Source: an uncultured Candidatus Pelagibacter sp. (lineage in GTDB: Bacteria; Pseudomonadota; Alphaproteobacteria; Pelagibacterales; Pelagibacteraceae). Taken from it: a stretch of 64,000 nucleotides of DNA. Below are positions 60,426-64,000 of this stretch, one piece after another. The notes under the pieces were generated by a model. It worked only from the letters and a program-made list of their open reading frames with translations. It ran no database searches and was not told the origin of the DNA. The position numbers and the translations under genes are program-made. How positions within the stretch are numbered: the first letter of the stretch is position 1; every line of letters begins with the position of its first letter. Location: assembly GCA_964465855.1 (NCBI GenBank), contig CAYXLK010000001.1, positions 3,600-67,599 of the forward strand, read 5' to 3'.

Positions 60426-61535
60426 ATGAGTATTAGACCATTTAGGGATATTAAGCGAAAAAAAACTAAAGTTATTTTTGTCGGCAAAGTTAAAGTTGGC
60501 GGAGATAATCCAATTTCTGTTCAATCAATGACAAATACTAGAACAACAGATATTAAATCAACAATAAATCAAATAAACAAAATAGCTGAAGAGGGCGCTG
60601 ATTTAGTAAGAGTTTCCTGTCCAGACGAAGCTTCATCTTTAGCGTTAAAAGAAATTACCAAACATATTAATATGCCAGTCATAGCAGATATTCATTTTCA
60701 TTATAAAAGAGCTTTAGAGGCCGCAGATAACGGAGCATCTTGTTTAAGAATTAACCCTGGAAATATTGGAGATAAAAAAAAAATTAAAGAAGTTATAAAT
60801 GCTGCAAAAAATAATAACTGCTCAATAAGAGTAGGAGTTAATGCAGGATCATTAGAAAAAGATATTTTAGAGAAATATAAAGAGCCATGCCCAGAAGCTT
60901 TAGTAGAGAGTGCTCTAAGAAATATAAAAATTCTTGAAGATCAAGATTTTTTTAATTTAAAAATTAGCGTGAAATCATCAGATGTATTTTTATCTTTGTG
61001 GGCATATCGCCAGTTATCAAATCAGACAGACTACCCTTTGCATCTTGGCATCACTGAAGCGGGCAGTTTTATTCCAGGAAGTATTAAATCTTCTATTGGC
61101 CTCGGAACCTTGCTATTGGAAGGGATAGGTGACACAATAAGAGTTTCATTATCAGATGATCCAGTAAAAGAAGTAAAAATAGGAAATGAAATTTTAAAGT
61201 CTTTAAATTTAAAAAAAAGAGGAGTTAAAATAATATCGTGTCCTTCATGTGCCAGACAAGGTTTTGACATTATTAAGACAGTTAAAATATTGGAGGAAAA
61301 ACTTAATCATATAAAAACACCAATTACATTGTCGATTATAGGGTGCGTTGTTAATGGGCCTGGTGAGGCTGCGTTTACTGACATTGGGCTTGCCGGAGGA
61401 GGAAATAATAATCACATGCTTTATATAAATGGAAATCAGACAAAAAAAATATCTACAAAAGAAATGGTTGATAGAATAATCCATTTAATTGAAAAAAAAG
61501 ATTTAGAAAAAAAAGATCAATCCCAAAAAAAATAA
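60426..61535 (+). CDS. ispG: HMBPP synthase
   Basis: [41 protein letters not shown]. Confidence 0.97.
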   Translation: MSIRPFRDIKRKKTKVIFVGKVKVGGDNPISVQSMTNTRTTDIKSTINQINKIAEEGADLVRVSCPDEASSLALKEITKHINMPVIADIHFHYKRALEAADNGASCLRINPGNIGDKKKIKEVINAAKNNNCSIRVGVNAGSLEKDILEKYKEPCPEALVESALRNIKILEDQDFFNLKISVKSSDVFLSLWAYRQLSNQTDYPLHLGITEAGSFIPGSIKSSIGLGTLLLEGIGDTIRVSLSDDPVKEVKIGNEILKSLNLKKRGVKIISCPSCARQGFDIIKTVKILEEKLNHIKTPITLSIIGCVVNGPGEAAFTDIGLAGGGNNNHMLYINGNQTKKISTKEMVDRIIHLIEKKDLEKKDQSQKK

Positions 61536-61543
61536 AAATCTAG

Positions 61544-62620
61544 ATGTCCTTACCATTAAAAAAAGTTTTAGAGATAATAAATAAACATAAAGAATTGGAA
61601 AAGGATTTATCTAGCACAGATCTAGTTAGTAAATCTTTTGCAAAAAAATCAAAAGAATATTCAAGTTTAAATGAGATTATCGAATACGCATTGGAATATT
61701 CAAATTTTGAAAATGATAAAAAGGAACTAGAAAAAATTATTTCGGATAATAATAACGAAGATGAGATTAAAGAATTAGCCAAATCAGAATTAGAGGTTTT
61801 ATCTAACAAACATCAAAAAAATGAGACTAAATTAAAAATATTTTTATTACCGAAAGATGAAGCTGATACAAAAAATGCAATTTTAGAAATAAGAGCAGGC
61901 ACTGGTGGCCTTGAAGCAAGTTTGTTTGCATCTGATTTATTTAAAATGTATGAAAAAGTTTGTCATAAAAAAAGTTGGATTTTAGAAATTATTAGTCTGT
62001 CAAAAAGTGATGCAGGTGGCTTGAAAGAAGTTATAGCATCGATAAAAGGAAAAAATATATATTCATCTTTAAAATATGAAAGTGGCGTGCATCGAGTTCA
62101 AAGAGTTCCCGATACAGAAACTCAAGGAAGAGTTCATACTTCTGCGGCCACAGTAGCAGTTCTCCCTGAAGCTGAAGAAGTTGATGTCAAAATTGAGGAC
62201 AAAGATTTGAGAATTGATGTATTTAGAAGTAGTGGTCCCGGAGGTCAAAGTGTGAATACAACTGATAGCGCGGTTAGAGTAACTCATATCCCATCAGGAA
62301 TAGTAGTAAGTCAACAAGATGAAAAATCTCAAATTAGAAATCGAGAGAAAGCTATAAAAATACTACGCTCAAGACTTTATGAATATGAAAGAAAAAAAAT
62401 GGACGATCAAAGATCTCAAGATAGAAAAAGTAAAATTGGTTCTGGTGATAGGTCCGAAAGAATAAGAACCTATAATTTTCCACAGGGGAGAGTTACTGAT
62501 CATCGAATTAATCTCACACTTCATAAACTTGAGGAGTTTATGCAAGGTGAAATTTTTGATGAAGTTATAGAAAATTTAAATCTTCATGCACAAGAACAAC
62601 AATTAGAAAATTTAGATTAA
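61544..62620 (+). CDS. prfA: Peptide chain release factor 1
   Basis: VQRVPDTE (PxT), [14 protein letters not shown]. Confidence 0.98.
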   Translation: MSLPLKKVLEIINKHKELEKDLSSTDLVSKSFAKKSKEYSSLNEIIEYALEYSNFENDKKELEKIISDNNNEDEIKELAKSELEVLSNKHQKNETKLKIFLLPKDEADTKNAILEIRAGTGGLEASLFASDLFKMYEKVCHKKSWILEIISLSKSDAGGLKEVIASIKGKNIYSSLKYESGVHRVQRVPDTETQGRVHTSAATVAVLPEAEEVDVKIEDKDLRIDVFRSSGPGGQSVNTTDSAVRVTHIPSGIVVSQQDEKSQIRNREKAIKILRSRLYEYERKKMDDQRSQDRKSKIGSGDRSERIRTYNFPQGRVTDHRINLTLHKLEEFMQGEIFDEVIENLNLHAQEQQLENLD

Positions 62621-63465
62621 TGAATTACCGAAATATAATAAACAAAGGAGTATCTATTTTAAGAAACAACGCTATATCAACCGCTAATTTAGACGCTGAG
62701 ATATTGCTTTCAAAGTCACTTAATAAAACTAGGGAAGAAATAATATTAAATTTAGAGGAAAAATTAAATATTCATCAAATAAATCATTATTATAAGTTAA
62801 TTAATAGAAGAAAAAAAAAGGAACCAATCTCCCTTATAACTAAAAAAAAATATTTTTGGAAATCTGAATTCGTTGTAAATAAAAATGTTTTAACACCAAG
62901 ATTTGAAACAGAATTTTTAGTAGAAGAAGTTTTGAAAATTTATAAACAATCAAAAAAAATACATGTTCTAGATATAGGTCTAGGATCAGGATGTATTCTA
63001 ATTTCTTTGTTAAAAGAACGAAAAATATGGCAAGGAACAGGCCTAGACATATCTTCTTCAGCAATTGAAACTGCAAAAACTAATGCAAAAATACAACAAG
63101 TTCATAATAGAATTAGATTTATTAAATCTGATATTGACAAACTTTATTTAGGAAAATATGATTTAATTGTTTCAAATCCACCTTATATAAATAAAATTGG
63201 ATATAACAAGCTCGACATAGGGGTAAAAAGTTATGAGCCTAAAAAAGCTCTTTACGGTGGTATAGACGGATTTAGAGTTATAGAGAAAGTAATTAAAAAA
63301 AGTAGAATTATTTTGAAAAATAGCGGATTTTTAGCAATAGAAATTGGATTTGGCCAACATTACAAAGTCTCTGAACTTTTAAGAAAAAATGGTTTTGTTG
63401 TTGTTAAAAAAGTTAAAGATTATCAAAATATCAATAGATGTCTATTTGCAAAAAAAATTAGATAA
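62620..63465 (+). CDS. prmC: Release factor glutamine methyltransferase
   Basis: PRFETE, DIGLGSG, SNPPY. Confidence 0.96.
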   Translation: MNYRNIINKGVSILRNNAISTANLDAEILLSKSLNKTREEIILNLEEKLNIHQINHYYKLINRRKKKEPISLITKKKYFWKSEFVVNKNVLTPRFETEFLVEEVLKIYKQSKKIHVLDIGLGSGCILISLLKERKIWQGTGLDISSSAIETAKTNAKIQQVHNRIRFIKSDIDKLYLGKYDLIVSNPPYINKIGYNKLDIGVKSYEPKKALYGGIDGFRVIEKVIKKSRIILKNSGFLAIEIGFGQHYKVSELLRKNGFVVVKKVKDYQNINRCLFAKKIR

Positions 63466-63854
63466 TGAGAAATTTTAAAAATAATAGAAGAAGATTTAGA
63501 AGTAATTCTTTTGAAAGGAATTTTAGGATAAATTCTAATGATCAAAACCTAAGCTCAAGTTTTGGAAATGTGTCTGATTTTAAAATAAAAAAATACTCTA
63601 AAAATAATTTTAATTCGCCAAAATTAATTCAAAAATATTCAAATCTTGCAAGAGAAGCTCTATCAAGTGGAGATAAAATATTATACGAAAATTATTTACA
63701 ACATGCAGAGCATTTTATTAGAAACTCAAGTAATTTTTCCAATGGTAATGCTGCAAAAAATGGTCACTCTCAAGGAGCAGACGAAACTAATGTTAGTAAA
63801 ATAAATAAAGAGGATTTCAAACAAGAAGACAAATTGGAAGAAAAAAAAAGTTAA
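63465..63854 (+). CDS. DUF4167 domain protein
   Basis: KY..LAREALSSGD....ENYLQHAEHF; follows prmC. Confidence 0.88.
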   Translation: MRNFKNNRRRFRSNSFERNFRINSNDQNLSSSFGNVSDFKIKKYSKNNFNSPKLIQKYSNLAREALSSGDKILYENYLQHAEHFIRNSSNFSNGNAAKNGHSQGADETNVSKINKEDFKQEDKLEEKKS

Positions 63855-64000
63855 TTCTGTGAATTTATTAATTCTGATTTAAGAACATCTATTTTAATTT
63901 TAGCTAACTCAAATTCCTCTCTAACTTTGCCTTTCAATTTTTTTCCGGAAGGTAGTTTTAGTTTTTGTGAATTAATTTTTTTTCCATTTTTTATTACCTC
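63851..64000 (-). CDS. C-terminal fragment of an M23 peptidase-like protein (truncated by window)
   Basis: Reverse strand reads EVIKNGKKINSQKLKLPSGKKLKG...*, resembling the tail after the HYEV motif of alphaproteobacterial M23 proteins. Confidence 0.65.
   Translation of the reverse strand, partial: EVIKNGKKINSQKLKLPSGKKLKGKVREEFELAKIKIDVLKSELINSQN

Noticed and set aside
667-63076. Many 60-150 aa antisense or alternative-frame ORFs in the ORF track (e.g. 20923-21375, 22910-23299, 35251-35694, 51364-51672)
   Set aside because: They lie wholly within well-supported genes and have the Phe/Ile/Ser/Leu-rich composition expected of shadow ORFs.
1-64000. CRISPR arrays, IS elements, rRNA
   Set aside because: No regularly spaced repeats, transposase ORFs or rRNA-like segments; nearly all sequence is accounted for by housekeeping genes.

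Overview
A 64-kb window of very AT-rich, tightly packed core chromosome from a streamlined marine alphaproteobacterium, almost certainly SAR11/Pelagibacterales. This assignment rests on composition, minimal spacers, gene order and the G1:U72/A73 tRNA-His. It holds about 75 housekeeping CDS (aro, dap, arg, his, trp, acc, lpt/kds, secA/yidC, dnaX/recR, prfA/prmC, glcB), three tRNAs (Thr-GGT, Phe-GAA, His-GTG) and the SRP RNA. No CRISPR array, IS element or prophage was seen. Five items stand out. (1) An unannotated His-rich leader peptide precedes a tRNA-His gene whose CCA lies 4 nt from the hisS start of hisS-hisZ-hisG, suggesting a leader/tRNA-embedded regulatory cassette. (2) A three-nuclease block (RmuC, stand-alone RecB/MGME1-like nuclease, Exonuclease I) sits where addAB usually precedes trxA and has a LexA-like operator. 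(3) The TrpA/TrpB pair has many substitutions at normally invariant catalytic and interface residues. (4) A SET methyltransferase and an HDAC-family gene are adjacent, and a Lys-rich small protein with a histone-H3-tail-like motif lies 7 kb away. (5) Several RNA oddities: an A18/G55 tRNA-Phe, a non-GNRA SRP loop, and no glycine riboswitch before glcB. All family calls come from motif recognition by eye; no database search or folding computation was run.
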